64,000 nt of DNA from Candidatus Freyarchaeum deiterrae (GTDB lineage: Archaea; Asgardarchaeota; Jordiarchaeia; Jordiarchaeales; Jordiarchaeaceae), in NCBI GenBank assembly GCA_037305845.1, contig CP147778.1:1504001-1568000 (forward strand), given 5' to 3'. Under the pieces are notes generated by a model. That model searched no databases and had not been told where the DNA came from. It saw nothing but the letters and a program-made list of their open reading frames with translations. This document shows, in pieces, positions 1-10,941 of the stretch (the stretch's first letter is position 1; every line of letters starts with the position of its first letter). The translations under genes and the position numbers were made by a program.

Positions 1-539
1 CCCAAGACGCCGCCAAGTTCGGAGCAACCAAGTTCCAAAAACTTTTAGACGGAAAAAAAGTACACGCAGACATTCTCCCCAGCACATTGAGAATCGGAGC
101 AGCAACCAACGAACAAGCAATGGAATACTTGATGAAAAAAATAACAGCCGCAGACACCCCAGAATTGGAAAAATTGTACAGCCTCAATGCACTAGGCTGC
201 ATAAGAGACAAGCAGAAAATATTAACAGCCTTAGAGTTTAATTTAGAACAGGTTCCCAAAAAGAACAGAAACCAAATAATCAACATGGCAATACAAAACC
301 CCATCATGACCGACTACATGTGGCAATGGTTCCTCGACAACCAAGTGAAACTGGAACAACTCCACCCAATACACTTCGAAAGAGTAATCGCCGGCCTAAT
401 CCCCATATGCGGACTAGACAAAGAAACCGAAGTGAAAAAATTCTTCGAAGACTACATGAAGAAAAAAGAAGCCGTCAAAGACACGATAAAAATGACACTC
501 GAAAAACTAGAAGTAAACTCCAGACTAAGAAATACTTAA
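1..539 (+). CDS. M1-family aminopeptidase (tricorn-interacting factor F3/PepN-like), C-terminal part only
   Basis: ORF open from the window edge. Helical ERAP1_C-like tail (ALGC, WQWFLDN, KMTLEKLEVN). The catalytic domain is outside the window. Confidence 0.65.
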   Translation, partial: QDAAKFGATKFQKLLDGKKVHADILPSTLRIGAATNEQAMEYLMKKITAADTPELEKLYSLNALGCIRDKQKILTALEFNLEQVPKKNRNQIINMAIQNPIMTDYMWQWFLDNQVKLEQLHPIHFERVIAGLIPICGLDKETEVKKFFEDYMKKKEAVKDTIKMTLEKLEVNSRLRNT

Positions 540-738
540 ACCCCATCGATTTCTCAGAAAAAAGGGGTTTTTTACCAGAAACAGCAACTCAATTACATAC
601 AGTTTCTCTCCATAAGAAACCTCATCGGGTAGAATAAATCAACTAAATCCTCAAAATGATAATAAACTTATAACTAAGCAAAAGCTTTGAAAAAACTTAA
701 ATTCTAGCTTCGCATTTTTCATTTCAACAATAAAACGA

Positions 739-836
739 GCCGCCGTAGCTCAGCTCGCAGATGCAAAAATGAAGCAGCCAAAAGCGTCAGACTTGTAATT
801 TGATGGTCACGCGTTCAAATCGCGTCGGCGGCTCCA
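739..836 (+). tRNA. tRNA-Thr(TGT) with one D-arm intron (22/23, 761-782); C at position 18
   Basis: Acceptor GCCGCCG/CGGCGGC+T+CCA. Anticodon arm TCAGA-CT-TGT-AA-TTTGA. T-arm ACGCG-TTCAAAT-CGCGT. Removing 761-782 restores the D stem GCTC/GAGC. Confidence 0.85.
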
Positions 837-954
837 CTTTCTTCTATATTAATTAACGAAAATAGGACAATTTGAACTTTTTTTATATGGTTTGAACCGA
901 AATAAATAATTCTGGAAAAGGAAAATGGCTCAAAAAGTTCGAGCCTTATTAGGG

Positions 955-1101
955 TGGTGCCGAGAGCCAGATTCGAACTGGCGACCTCCGGATCTCTTAT
1001 TCCTGGTTATCTGACCCCATTCTATACAAGATTATGAGTCCGGCGCTCTTTCCTGGGCGTATGGGCTAACCATAAGCCAAGCCAGGCTGAGCGACCTCGG
1101 C
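955..1101 (-). tRNA. tRNA-Met(CAT), elongator, two introns (D-loop ~1050-1080; 37/38 at 994-1032)
   Basis: Acceptor GCCGAGG/TCTCGGC+A+CCA. CCGGA-CT-CAT-A^A-TCCGG. T-arm GCCAG-TTCGAAT-CTGGC. G1-C72 argues against an initiator. Confidence 0.9.
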
Positions 1102-1285
1102 CCTAGTTTGTAGTTACATGATTGCCTTTTTGTAAGATAAATTTTTTCGTAGGGTTTTTAATTAGTGGATTTAACTGTTTTTTGGTCTTATTTTTTTATC
1201 CTAACTATTAAAGTTTATATGGGGAGTAGTTAAGCTCTTTAGGGGAGTGTTATATTTAAAATTTAGGATTCTTGGTGGGGTTTTT

Positions 1286-3646
1286 ATGAGGTTGGAGTTT
1301 TGGATACTGGATGTGGGTCAAAGGGTTGAGGATGGTGTTTCTAATGTTTTGATGTGGGGCGTTGATAGTGAGGATGGTAGAGTTTTGGTAATGGATGATA
1401 GTTTTCAGCCTTATTTTTATGTTATTCCAGAGGAAGGTGTGGATATTGGGGCGCTGGGTGAGTCTTTGAAGGGTTTGTCGATTTCTGATTCTCCTATTTT
1501 GGGGGTTGATGTTGTTAAGAGGAAGTTGTTTGGAAGGGCTCGGGATGTTATTAGGGTTGTTTTTCGGGATTTTGAGGATGGTTCGAACTATGTTAAAGCC
1601 TTTAAGAAAGTCGATGGTGTTGAGGATTTTCTCGAGGTGGATATTAGGCATTATGTGCGTTACTTGGCGGATAAGAGGATTCGTCCTTGTGGCTGGTATT
1701 CGGCTGAGGTTCAGGAGGTTGAGGGTTTAAAAAGTGGGGGGTATTCGGTTTATAGGCTTGTTGGGGATTTGAAGCCTGTGGAGCGTATGAATTTGCCTGG
1801 GCTGAGGGTGTTAGCTTTTGATATTGAGATTTATAGTCCTTCGGGGGCTTTGAATCCTGAGAAGGATTCTGTGATAATCATAAGTGTGGCTACTAATGGT
1901 GGTGTGGAGAAGCAGTTTGTGGCTAAGGATGGGGAGGATAGGGATGTTTTGAAGGAGTTCTCGGGGTATGTTACAGAGTTTGATCCGGATGTGATTGTGG
2001 GTTACGATTCTAATTTTTTCGATTTTCCGTTTTTGATTGATAGGGCGAAGAAGCTTCGTGTGAAGTTTACTGTTTGTAGAGATGGTTCGGAGCCGCATCT
2101 TAGTGTTTATGGACATGTTTCTGTTGCTGGGAGGGCTCACTTGGAGCTTTATGATATGGCGGAGATGGTGGTTGAGGTCAAAGTTAAGACTCTGAAGAAT
2201 ATTGCGGATTATCTGAAGGTGATGGCGAAGGATTCTCGTGTTTTGATAGAGCATGCTCAGATTCCGAAATATTGGGATGATAAGGATTTGAGAAAACAGC
2301 TTCTACTGTACGCAGCTCAGGATGCTAAGTCCACCATAGGGATTGCTGATAAATTGTTACCCACTGCGATTTCTATGGCTCAGGTTTCGGGTATGCCTCT
2401 AGATCAGGTTATGCGGGCGGGTGTTGGATTCAGGGTGGAGAATATGCTTCTTACGGAGGGGCATATGATTGAGGAGCTTATTCCTAATAAACCTGCGTTT
2501 GGTGGGGGTACTTATGCTGGGGGGTACGTTTTGCAGCCGGTTTCGGGGGTTCATGATAACATTGCGGTGTTTGATTTTGCGTCCATGTATCCGAATCTTA
2601 TGATAAAGTATAACATTTCTCCTGATACTTATGTGCCGCCGAATGAGAAAGTTTCTGAGGATGAGGTGAATATTGCTCCAGTGGTTGGGCATCGCTTCAG
2701 GAAGGAGCCGCCCGGATTCTACAAGAGGATAATTGAGGAATTAATTGCGGAGAGGAGGAAGATTCAGAAAGGCATGGAGAAATTGAATCCGCAAACATTA
2801 CAGTACATTATGATGAACGAGAGGCAGAAAGCGTTCAAAATTATGACAAACGCTGTTTATGGTTATTGTGGTTGGCTTGGTGCCAAATGGTATCTTAAGC
2901 CTGTGGCTGAAGCCACATCCGCATGGGGGAGAGAGATCATAAAGGAAACTATTGAGATGACTAAGAAGTACGGGCTTAAAGTGATTTATGCGGATACGGA
3001 TAGCGTTTTTGTAACTAATGTGAGTGGTGTTGCTGAATTTAGCCGGGAGGTTACGCAGAAGTTGGGGTTGGAAATAAAACCCGATAAATTATACAAGAGA
3101 GTCTTCTTTACCGAGGCGAAGAAGAAGTACGCTGGGCTTTTGGAGAACGATACACTGGATGTGGTGGGTTTTGAAATTGTGAGGGGGGACTGGCCCGAGA
3201 TTGCTAGGGAGGTACAGGAAAACGTGCTTGATATAATTCTTAGAGAGAAAGATTTGGAGAAGGCAATCAAATTTGTTAATGAAACCATCCAGAGGCTGCG
3301 GGAAGGCAAGGTTTCTTTAGATGAACTTGTGATCTGGGAGACTCTGACTAAAACTCCGGAGAAATACAAGGTTAAGGCCCCGCATGTGAGTGCAGCTAAG
3401 AAACTTATGGAGGCAGGAGGCCGCTTAGAAGCGGGTTCAAAGATAGGTTACGTGATAGGAAAAGGCCAAGGCAGTATTTCGGATAGAGCGATTCCCTACA
3501 GTCTAGCTGACATTGGTAATATTGACGTTGAGTATTATGTTGAAAGGCAGATTGCATCAGCAGCATTAAGAGTGCTTGAATATTTTGGAGTAAAAGAAAG
3601 CCAATTCACGGGTAAAAAATCTTCACGACAAACAAAGCTCAAGTAA
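1286..3646 (+). CDS. polB: Family B DNA polymerase (PolB3-like)
   Basis: Exonuclease motif DIE and polymerase motifs DFASMYP, KIMTNAVYGY, YADTDS are intact. ATG at 1286 follows a GGTGGGG RBS-like site. Confidence 0.95.
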   Translation: MRLEFWILDVGQRVEDGVSNVLMWGVDSEDGRVLVMDDSFQPYFYVIPEEGVDIGALGESLKGLSISDSPILGVDVVKRKLFGRARDVIRVVFRDFEDGSNYVKAFKKVDGVEDFLEVDIRHYVRYLADKRIRPCGWYSAEVQEVEGLKSGGYSVYRLVGDLKPVERMNLPGLRVLAFDIEIYSPSGALNPEKDSVIIISVATNGGVEKQFVAKDGEDRDVLKEFSGYVTEFDPDVIVGYDSNFFDFPFLIDRAKKLRVKFTVCRDGSEPHLSVYGHVSVAGRAHLELYDMAEMVVEVKVKTLKNIADYLKVMAKDSRVLIEHAQIPKYWDDKDLRKQLLLYAAQDAKSTIGIADKLLPTAISMAQVSGMPLDQVMRAGVGFRVENMLLTEGHMIEELIPNKPAFGGGTYAGGYVLQPVSGVHDNIAVFDFASMYPNLMIKYNISPDTYVPPNEKVSEDEVNIAPVVGHRFRKEPPGFYKRIIEELIAERRKIQKGMEKLNPQTLQYIMMNERQKAFKIMTNAVYGYCGWLGAKWYLKPVAEATSAWGREIIKETIEMTKKYGLKVIYADTDSVFVTNVSGVAEFSREVTQKLGLEIKPDKLYKRVFFTEAKKKYAGLLENDTLDVVGFEIVRGDWPEIAREVQENVLDIILREKDLEKAIKFVNETIQRLREGKVSLDELVIWETLTKTPEKYKVKAPHVSAAKKLMEAGGRLEAGSKIGYVIGKGQGSISDRAIPYSLADIGNIDVEYYVERQIASAALRVLEYFGVKESQFTGKKSSRQTKLK

Positions 3647-3747
3647 CAATTTTATTCTTCTTTTTTTTTGAGTTTTAAGGGGCGTTTAATTAAAGGCAAG
3701 TCACTGGAATATTCGGAATGATTCAGTGATTAATAATTATGTTTCTA

Positions 3748-5868
3748 TTAGCATGTTGAGCATCGGATTGAAGGTGAACCGCCTGCATACTCAGACTCTG
3801 CTCTCACATAACGTTCCTCGGGAGGTCGTATAACTAGAACTTGTTCTCTTTTGCTTCCGTATCTAAATATGGTTATACCTTTACATTTTAACTTGTAAGC
3901 AAGCCAATATATTTTTGATGCATCCTCTATGGTAGCCTCTTGTGGGAGATTAACAGTTTTTGACACCGCGTTGTCTACGTATTTCTGGAAAGCCGCCTGC
4001 ATTCTTACATGCCATTCAGGATCTATATCAAGAGCTGTGACGAAAATTCTACGAACGTCTTCAGGGATAGTTTTCATACCCTGAATTGAACCCCTTCTAG
4101 CGATTTCTGTCATTAATTCCGAGTTGTAGAATCCCCTCTCTTTAGCCACCTTTTCAAAGAGAGGGTTTGTTTCAAAGAGTTGAGTTCCAATGACGTTTCT
4201 AACGAATGAGACGGCGAACAGAGGTTCTATACCACTTGATGCCCCTGCAATTATGCTTATCGTTCCAGTAGGAGCTATCGATGTTAAGGTAGCATTGCGC
4301 AAAGCTTTATGCCCTCTCTCTTTCCATATACTATCTTCGAAGTTTGGAAAAGAACCTCTTTCCAAAGCTAATTCCTCCGATTTCTTTACCGCTTCTTTAC
4401 TTATGAATGACATAATCTCCTCGGCAACATCAATAGCCTTGTTTGAATCATATGGAATATTAAGCTGAATGAGCATATCTGCAAAACCCATCACCCCCAA
4501 CCCTATTTTTCGATTCGCCCTTGTAGCCCTATCTACCTGCGGAAGAGGATATTTACTAGCATCAATTACATTATCCAAAAAATGCACCGCCAACCGAACC
4601 AACTCCCTTAGCTTATCCCAGTCTATTTCATCATCTTTAACCATTTTAGGCAAATTAATTGAGCCAAGATTGCAGGATTCATATGGTAATAAGGGAATTT
4701 CCCCACAAGGATTAGTGCTTTCGATTTGTCCAACGTGAGGAGTAGGATTGTGGCGATTTACCTCGTCCAGAAAAATCATACCCGGATCCCCCGTTTTCCA
4801 AGCAGATTCTATCACACTATTAAAAACATCCCTTGCTTTGAGTTTCGTAACAGGTTCCTCTGTTCTAGGATTGATAAGTTCATATGTTCCATCCTTTTCA
4901 ACAACCTCCATGAAAGCATCCGTTACCCCAACGGAGATATTGAAGTTACTAAAGGAGCCCTCCTTCTCCTTCGCTGAAATGAAATCCAGTATGTCAGGAT
5001 GATCTACACGCAGTATGCCCATATTGGCGCCTCTTCTCCGTCCACCCTGCTTGATAACATCCGTAGCGGTGTCAAAAATTCTCATAAAGGAAACAGGGCC
5101 ACTTGCGACCCCCTTAGTGGATCCAACGATATCGCCACTAGGCCTTAATCTAGAAAACGAAAACCCAGTTCCTCCACCAGACTTGTGGATTAACGCCATA
5201 AATTTCAAAGCATCGAAAATCTCATCTATAGAGTCACCCACAGGCAGAACAAAGCATGCAGCAAGCTGGCCGATATTTGTACCCGCGTTCATCAGAGTCG
5301 GAGAATTTGGAAGAAACTCTAATCTAGACATTATTCCATAAAACGCATCCTCAGTCTTCTCTGTTTCAGCGTCGCTATCATAAGATTTATCAACCGCAGC
5401 CAACGTATGAGCAACTCTACGGAACATTTGAGAAGTAGTTTCAATAACTTTACCTTGATCGTCCTTCAAAAGATATCTATTTTCCAAAACCTGTGCGGCG
5501 TTTAAAGACAGTTTTAGATCGTCACTAACCCCTAATAATTTCTTGGCTTCTCTAAGCTCTGTCCTCTTCTGGCGATACAATATGTAAGCCTTGGCAACAT
5601 CCGAAAAACCATTTTTGATAAGCACATTCTCAACAGTGTCCTGTACATCTTCCACCGAGGGAATTCTACCACTAAAATTCTCCTCGATAGTAGCAACCAC
5701 TTGATCCGATAGATTCTTCGCAGTTTCCTCATCTTCCTCTTTAACCGCAATAATCGCCTTATGAATAGCATTAGTAATCTTAACCGGTTCAAATTTAACT
5801 ATACGACCATCACGCTTCCTAATTTCAGAAATACTCGACGCCTCAACCATTTTAATATCCCTCTCCAT
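3748..5868 (-). CDS. nrdJ: Class II (adenosylcobalamin-dependent) ribonucleotide reductase with N-terminal ATP-cone
   Basis: ATP-cone [11 protein letters not shown]; [32 protein letters not shown]. Confidence 0.93.
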   Translation of the reverse strand: MERDIKMVEASSISEIRKRDGRIVKFEPVKITNAIHKAIIAVKEEDEETAKNLSDQVVATIEENFSGRIPSVEDVQDTVENVLIKNGFSDVAKAYILYRQKRTELREAKKLLGVSDDLKLSLNAAQVLENRYLLKDDQGKVIETTSQMFRRVAHTLAAVDKSYDSDAETEKTEDAFYGIMSRLEFLPNSPTLMNAGTNIGQLAACFVLPVGDSIDEIFDALKFMALIHKSGGGTGFSFSRLRPSGDIVGSTKGVASGPVSFMRIFDTATDVIKQGGRRRGANMGILRVDHPDILDFISAKEKEGSFSNFNISVGVTDAFMEVVEKDGTYELINPRTEEPVTKLKARDVFNSVIESAWKTGDPGMIFLDEVNRHNPTPHVGQIESTNPCGEIPLLPYESCNLGSINLPKMVKDDEIDWDKLRELVRLAVHFLDNVIDASKYPLPQVDRATRANRKIGLGVMGFADMLIQLNIPYDSNKAIDVAEEIMSFISKEAVKKSEELALERGSFPNFEDSIWKERGHKALRNATLTSIAPTGTISIIAGASSGIEPLFAVSFVRNVIGTQLFETNPLFEKVAKERGFYNSELMTEIARRGSIQGMKTIPEDVRRIFVTALDIDPEWHVRMQAAFQKYVDNAVSKTVNLPQEATIEDASKIYWLAYKLKCKGITIFRYGSKREQVLVIRPPEERYVRAESEYAGGSPSIRCSTC

Positions 5869-6025
5869 AAAAATGAAAATTCAACTAGAAGCAAATATTA
5901 TTCATTATACTATTGTATCAAGATGAATGTTATTATCTTTTATTCTTTTAAGAGTTATAAACCAAAATTGAGAATTAAGTACTTATAGCAATTATAAATT
6001 TTCCTGTAAAACAGAAGTTAATGAG

Positions 6026-6168
6026 TGGTGCGGGGAGCGAGATTCGAACTCGCGTACTCCTACGAGACTGGATTTTATATCCTAGCTTTTGGGCTACTTT
6101 TTTGGATCTTAAGTCCAGCGCCTGTGATCTTGTCTGACCCCAATTTGACCTGTCTCGGCTATCCCCGC
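6026..6168 (-). tRNA. tRNA-Leu(TAA), two introns (D-loop 6124-6144; 37/38 at 6074-6107)
   Basis: Acceptor GCGGGGA/TCCCCGC+A+CCA. CTGGA-CT-TAA-G^A-TCCAG. Long variable arm. D-loop BHB central helix GGTC/GATC. Confidence 0.9.
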
Positions 6169-6271
6169 GATTTTTGGGGTTGAAATTTGAGTGGGCTTTG
6201 TTTCTTATATTTTTATTTGAGGGATAAGCAAGATTTATTTATAGGAGATTATAAGATTTTTGTACCCAACT

Positions 6272-6349
6272 GCCCTGATAGCTCAGCCTGGCTAGAGCGT
6301 CTCATTGGTAATGAGAAGGCCGCGGGTTCGAATCCCGCCCGGGGCTCCA
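6272..6349 (+). tRNA. tRNA-Thr(GGT), intron-less
   Basis: Uninterrupted cloverleaf: TCTCA-TT-GGT-AA-TGAGA, GCGGG-TTCGAAT-CCCGC, encoded CCA. A7-C66 mismatch. Confidence 0.93.
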
Positions 6350-6535
6350 ATTCTTTTTCATTTAAATTGTTTTATTAAATAAACTTAATTTAAGAGGCTT
6401 CAGATTTAAGTTTCAGAGAGAATTTCTAAATTTTGAATGAAGTAGATGTAATAATTATATGGACTGAAAAATTTTTTTGGCGATAGATTGATTAATGTTT
6501 GTAGTAATCTTTGTGTATTCTTGGGTGGTGATGCT

Positions 6536-7219
6536 TTGGCGAACACCGAGTCAAAGAAACGTGCTGCTATGGCTGCTATAAAACATGTTAAGGATGATAT
6601 GGTCATTGGTGTTGGCACTGGTTCCACGGTTTCGTGTTTTATTGAGATTTTGAGTGAGAAGGTTAGAGGGGGTTTGAAGGTTCTTGCAGTGCCCACTTCT
6701 TATCAGTCCGCTATTTTGCTATCTGAACAGGGAGTTCCATTGACCACGCTGATGGATCATCCTTTTCTAGACCTCGTGGTTGATGGTGCGGATGAGATTG
6801 ATCCGGATCTGAACCTTATTAAGGGTGGGGGGGCGGCTCTTACTCAGGAGAAGATTGTAGCGTCCGCTACGGAACATTTGATTATTATTGTTGATTCCTC
6901 CAAACTTGTTCAGCGTCTTGGCGAAACTGGGGCTGTTCCAGTGGAGGTGATTCCTATGGCTTGGAAGCTGGTGAAAATTAAATTGGAAGAGAGGGGTGCG
7001 AGAGTGGTTCTGAGAGAGGGGACTGGAAAGGCTGGCCCCGTGGTCACGGATAATGGTAACTTCGTTTTGGACGCCTACTTTGCAAAAATATCTGATCCCG
7101 GCAGTTTGGAGAAAGAATTGAAGTCTATACCGGGGGTTGTAGAGAATGGCTTGTTTGTTGGTATGGCAGAAATGGTTTATGTGGGATCAGATAAGGATTT
7201 GAAAATTTTACAGAAGTAG
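6536..7219 (+). CDS. rpiA: Ribose-5-phosphate isomerase A
   Basis: GVGTGST, DGADE, LIKGGGAALTQEKI, VVTDNGNF, GVVENGLF. TTG start after GGTGGTGA. Confidence 0.95.
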   Translation: MANTESKKRAAMAAIKHVKDDMVIGVGTGSTVSCFIEILSEKVRGGLKVLAVPTSYQSAILLSEQGVPLTTLMDHPFLDLVVDGADEIDPDLNLIKGGGAALTQEKIVASATEHLIIIVDSSKLVQRLGETGAVPVEVIPMAWKLVKIKLEERGARVVLREGTGKAGPVVTDNGNFVLDAYFAKISDPGSLEKELKSIPGVVENGLFVGMAEMVYVGSDKDLKILQK

Positions 7220-7222
7220 TAT

Positions 7223-7341
7223 TGGCGGACCGGGCGCGAGTTTCGCTGTTTTCAAGTTTTTACAGCTTCGAACGCGCGGCATCAGGCTTAGGAGGCCTGC
7301 GCCCTTTCAGTTTTTTGTAATCCTGTCTAGGCCACCGGTCC
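7223..7341 (-). tRNA. tRNA-Arg(CCT), two non-canonical introns (D-loop 7306-7319; 59/60 at 7240-7266)
   Basis: Acceptor GGACCGG/CCGGTCC+G+CCA. CAGGC-CT-CCT-AA-GCCTG. Strict BHB in the T-loop (TTCG/CGAA, bulges AAG and ACT). Confidence 0.9.
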
Positions 7342-7375
7342 ACTTTTTAGAGATTTTGTTTTGAGTTATTTTTAT

Positions 7376-9028
7376 TTATGTTTTTGCGTATATTTTTTTT
7401 CTGTTCTTAATATTTTCTGTTAGTTTTTTTCCGTAGAATGTGGTTTTTCTTACGCGTATTTGTCCGTCTCTGTTGGTTTTTGAGGTGAATATTGGTTCGT
7501 TGTCTGCGTAGAACTGTAGGTAGTTTTTTCCGTATTCTCTGGATACTGTGAGGATTACATGTTTTTTGTTGATTTCGACTTCTACTGGTACGGTTACTTT
7601 TTCTGCTGTTCTTTTTTCTGCTGGTTCAAGGTTTTCATATCTTTGCTGTTTTCTCTTAGAACCTTTTCTTGTCTCTCCTCCGATTTGTATTACTATGGTT
7701 TGCTCTCCGAAGGTGTATATTTCGTATTGCAGTTGATTGGTTTCGAAGTCACGTACTTCTATTACTGGGCGTGATAGGTCTGATTCGGTCATTCCGGTGG
7801 GAACTTTTACTAGCAGTTTTAGGGAGAGTACTTGGTTTACTTCGCCGCCTTCTATGAAGATTACAGTGTCAACGACTCTGCTTATTAGTCCCAGTTCTAC
7901 TCTTCCTATGAATCGTTCGATGGCGTCTACGGCTCTTGAGGCGTGTACTACTCCGACTAATCCTACGCCTGCGAATCTGAGGTCGGTGTAGATTTTGAAA
8001 TCTTTGGTTTTGCGTAGCTCGTCATATATCACATAGTCGGGTCTTACTAGTAGGAGGATGTCGGCGGTTTTTTCCATATCTCCCCTTAGTGCTGTATACT
8101 GTGTGATTTCGGGGCCTACAGGTAGGTCTCGCGGTTTTTCTAGTGTTTTTACTATTTTGTCTTGTTTTTGGTAAAACTCCGCTAGGGCTGCGGCGAATGT
8201 GCTTTTTCCTGCTCCAGGCTTACCCGCTACTAGTATGCCTTCAGCCTTTTCTTTTAATCGGTCTTTTAGTCTATCCGAGAGGTGGTAGTAGTCTAGGTTT
8301 ACTGATAGTAAGGGTCTCACCGCGGTTATTTCCATTCTGTCTGATAGAGGTGGGCTGATTATGGCTATTCGGTATTCGTGGAGTTGGACTACTGTTGCGC
8401 CTTCCTCGTTTATTTCTATGAAGCAGTCCTTGTCCACTTCTGCGCTCTCAATAATTGAGGTGGTGAGTTTCTGTAGTTGTTGCAGAGTCATGGGTTCGTT
8501 GCTTATGTTTTCTAGTTTCCAGTTTCCAGGTCTTCCTCTTTTTGTCTGGGGGGGTACACCATCCTTCAGATGTACTGAGAGGGAGTCTGGCTGAAAGAAG
8601 TCCTGTATCCTTAATTCTGGTTCTTTTCGTTCACGCTTTATGTAAATTACTTCTATTCCTTCGGCTTCGGAAACTGCTGCTTGGACATAGTCGCTGGTGA
8701 TTAGGGTTGCACCGTTTTTCCTGGCTTCTGAGCGTATGATTTCATCAAGAGCTCCGCTTTCCGCTCTTGTTATATGTTGGAAGCTGGGTCTCTCGCCAGT
8801 AATAGTCAATTTTATTATTCCTTGGTTGTGAAGGCTCCGAATTTTTTTAAGCTCCTCCAATCCTAGCATTCCGGTGGTTTTGGAGCGATTGGCCTGATTT
8901 TCTATTTCCGCTAGAACCGTCTGCGGTATAATTATCTCAATGTCTGTTTCGTTCTTTAGGAAGCCTTCTTCTAACTCTTTGGAGAGAGTTGAACCCAAAA
9001 GTACACTGGTGTCAACAACGTACTTCAT
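7376..9028 (-). CDS. PIN-domain / VirB11-like ATPase (PINA family)
   Basis: N-terminal PIN (YVVDTSVL, ITSDYVQ); Walker A GKPGAGKST; RPDYVIYDELR; GVGLVGVVHA. Confidence 0.88.
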   Translation of the reverse strand: MKYVVDTSVLLGSTLSKELEEGFLKNETDIEIIIPQTVLAEIENQANRSKTTGMLGLEELKKIRSLHNQGIIKLTITGERPSFQHITRAESGALDEIIRSEARKNGATLITSDYVQAAVSEAEGIEVIYIKRERKEPELRIQDFFQPDSLSVHLKDGVPPQTKRGRPGNWKLENISNEPMTLQQLQKLTTSIIESAEVDKDCFIEINEEGATVVQLHEYRIAIISPPLSDRMEITAVRPLLSVNLDYYHLSDRLKDRLKEKAEGILVAGKPGAGKSTFAAALAEFYQKQDKIVKTLEKPRDLPVGPEITQYTALRGDMEKTADILLLVRPDYVIYDELRKTKDFKIYTDLRFAGVGLVGVVHASRAVDAIERFIGRVELGLISRVVDTVIFIEGGEVNQVLSLKLLVKVPTGMTESDLSRPVIEVRDFETNQLQYEIYTFGEQTIVIQIGGETRKGSKRKQQRYENLEPAEKRTAEKVTVPVEVEINKKHVILTVSREYGKNYLQFYADNEPIFTSKTNRDGQIRVRKTTFYGKKLTENIKNRKKIYAKT

Positions 9029-9184
9029 TTTTCATTCTCCGAATACGTAGTTCTTAAAAGTTTAAACAAATTACCTTGTGAAAGGTACAAAACGGATAGC
9101 CTAAAAAGATTTTCTACGCTATAGAAAAATTAGAAACTCCGTAAGAAAGATTGATATAAATCTTTTGCGATAAAGTTCAGAGAT

Positions 9185-9311
9185 GGGCCTGTAGTCTAGT
9201 GGATAGGGCGCCGGCCTTCGGATAAATGTAATGTTTAGAAGAGAGCCGGATGTCGGGAGTTCAAAAGCATATCAATGGTGTGATATGCGGATAGTCTCTC
9301 CAGGCCCGCCA
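9185..9311 (+). tRNA. tRNA-Arg(TCG), two introns (37/38 at 9222-9243; T-loop ~9266-9294)
   Basis: Acceptor GGGCCTG/CAGGCCC+G+CCA. Strict BHB CTTC/GAAG at 37/38. The T-loop intron hairpin GCATATCA/TGATATGC has a relaxed BHB. Confidence 0.9.
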
Positions 9312-9349
9312 TTCTGTATTTCCATTGTTTGAGGTAGATTTAATTGAAA

Positions 9350-9865
9350 ATGTCTTTTGAAATGGGGTCGGTTCTGAGTGGAAGAGAGATTCGGGAGATG
9401 GTTCTCGGAGGAAAGCTTGTTCGAGAGTATCTTGACTTGGATACCCAGTTAACGCCAAATGGTTTTGACCTCTCCTTGAGAGAGATTCATGCTTTTAAAG
9501 ATCCGGGCTATGTTGATTTTTCTAATAAGAGTAGACATGTTTCTGAAACTGAACCCTTAGATTTCGAACAAAAATTGTTTCTTAATCCGGGGGCTTATAA
9601 GATTGTTTATAACGAGATTGTGGATCTTCCCAATGATATACTAGCCATTGGACGGACTAGATCAACACTTTTGAGGTGTGGTACGAGTGTGGTTTCAGCT
9701 GTTTTTGACGCAGGCTATGTTGGCAGATGTGAGTCCCTGCTTATAGTAAGCAACCCTCACGGCTTCGTTTTAGAGAAGGATGCGCGGGTGCTGCAGCTTA
9801 TTTTCTTGAAGCTGTCTTCATCCTCTGAAGGATATTCTGGAGTGTACAAAGGAGAAAACATTTGA
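9350..9865 (+). CDS. Trimeric dUTPase / dCTP deaminase family protein
   Basis: PNGFDL, RSTLLRCG, FDAGYVG, C-terminal GYSGVYKGE. Confidence 0.85.
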   Translation: MSFEMGSVLSGREIREMVLGGKLVREYLDLDTQLTPNGFDLSLREIHAFKDPGYVDFSNKSRHVSETEPLDFEQKLFLNPGAYKIVYNEIVDLPNDILAIGRTRSTLLRCGTSVVSAVFDAGYVGRCESLLIVSNPHGFVLEKDARVLQLIFLKLSSSSEGYSGVYKGENI

Positions 9866-10101
9866 TTAGCAAAAGCGTGTTTAATATTCGAAAGCAGATT
9901 TTGAGTGATAGTGGAGATTGGATGTTCGGTTCAAATTTTTTGTTTATTAATTTTTCAAAGAATATTTATATATGTATTTATGAAATCAGTTTAGTCGTTT
10001 CACTGTAGGTAGATATCTTTATTATGTCTTGATGATGTTAATAACCGAAAAAGAGCCGTGGTTGTTTTTTTAGTGAATACGTTTATTGGAGTAGACATAA
10101 A

Positions 10102-10848
10102 TTGACTCTGGAAACGCATGTCTTAGACATTAAAAAAAGAATGAAATCAGTTGAGCTTTTGAAGATACTGAAAAAGGATCGCACGTACGAAGAGTTGTCC
10201 AAAATCACAAATTTGCCGATAACTGTCCTTAACCGATATGTCAAAGGGCATGTGCTTCCAAGCAAAAACCGGGCGGACGAACTTTTTGAAATATTTGATA
10301 AACTGTTTGATTTAAAGGAAGAGGTTTCACGAAGGATTAAATTTGATGGGCGTGAATATTTTGATAATACCGAACTATTAGGAGACACACTACTTATGAG
10401 AGTAGTGTCAGAGATGGTCTCTGAAAAGTTTATGGGGCAAAAGATTTCAAAGGTTTTAACAGCTGCGGTAGACGGGATTCCCATAGCAACACAAATAGCG
10501 AACCAACTAGAAGCTCAGTTAATAATAGCGAAAAGAAGTCGAGAAGTTGGAGTTTCAAAGTTCATAGAAGAATCGTATGTTCCTTCATTCTCGGGAGTAC
10601 TTATGACTCTTTACCTACCGAAAGGGGCCTTAACCAGTAGAGATCGTGTCCTAATAGTTGATGATATTATCCGCTCAGGCGAAACACAGAGAGCGTTAGT
10701 AAACATTGTAGAAAAATCAGGTGCTAAAATAGTGGGAATATTCTTCATAATTTCGATTGGTAAAAATTGGGAGAAAACAATAAGAACCCCGCCTAATTGT
10801 ACTGTTGAGATAGTTCTTCAGCTCCCAGAACCTAGTACATCATCGTAA
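10102..10848 (+). CDS. HTH + purine phosphoribosyltransferase-fold protein (archaeal PurR-like)
   Basis: N-terminal HTH (TYEELSKITNLPITVLNRYVKGHVLP) and PRT loop VLIVDDIIRSGET. Confidence 0.85.
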   Translation: MTLETHVLDIKKRMKSVELLKILKKDRTYEELSKITNLPITVLNRYVKGHVLPSKNRADELFEIFDKLFDLKEEVSRRIKFDGREYFDNTELLGDTLLMRVVSEMVSEKFMGQKISKVLTAAVDGIPIATQIANQLEAQLIIAKRSREVGVSKFIEESYVPSFSGVLMTLYLPKGALTSRDRVLIVDDIIRSGETQRALVNIVEKSGAKIVGIFFIISIGKNWEKTIRTPPNCTVEIVLQLPEPSTSS

Positions 10849-10941
10849 GTTAATAACAACCCTAAAGACATTATTTTCATAAAAAAAGTTGAAAAGATTT
10901 TGCTTTTATAATTTCGAGTTTTAAAAACAAGTAAATAAGGG

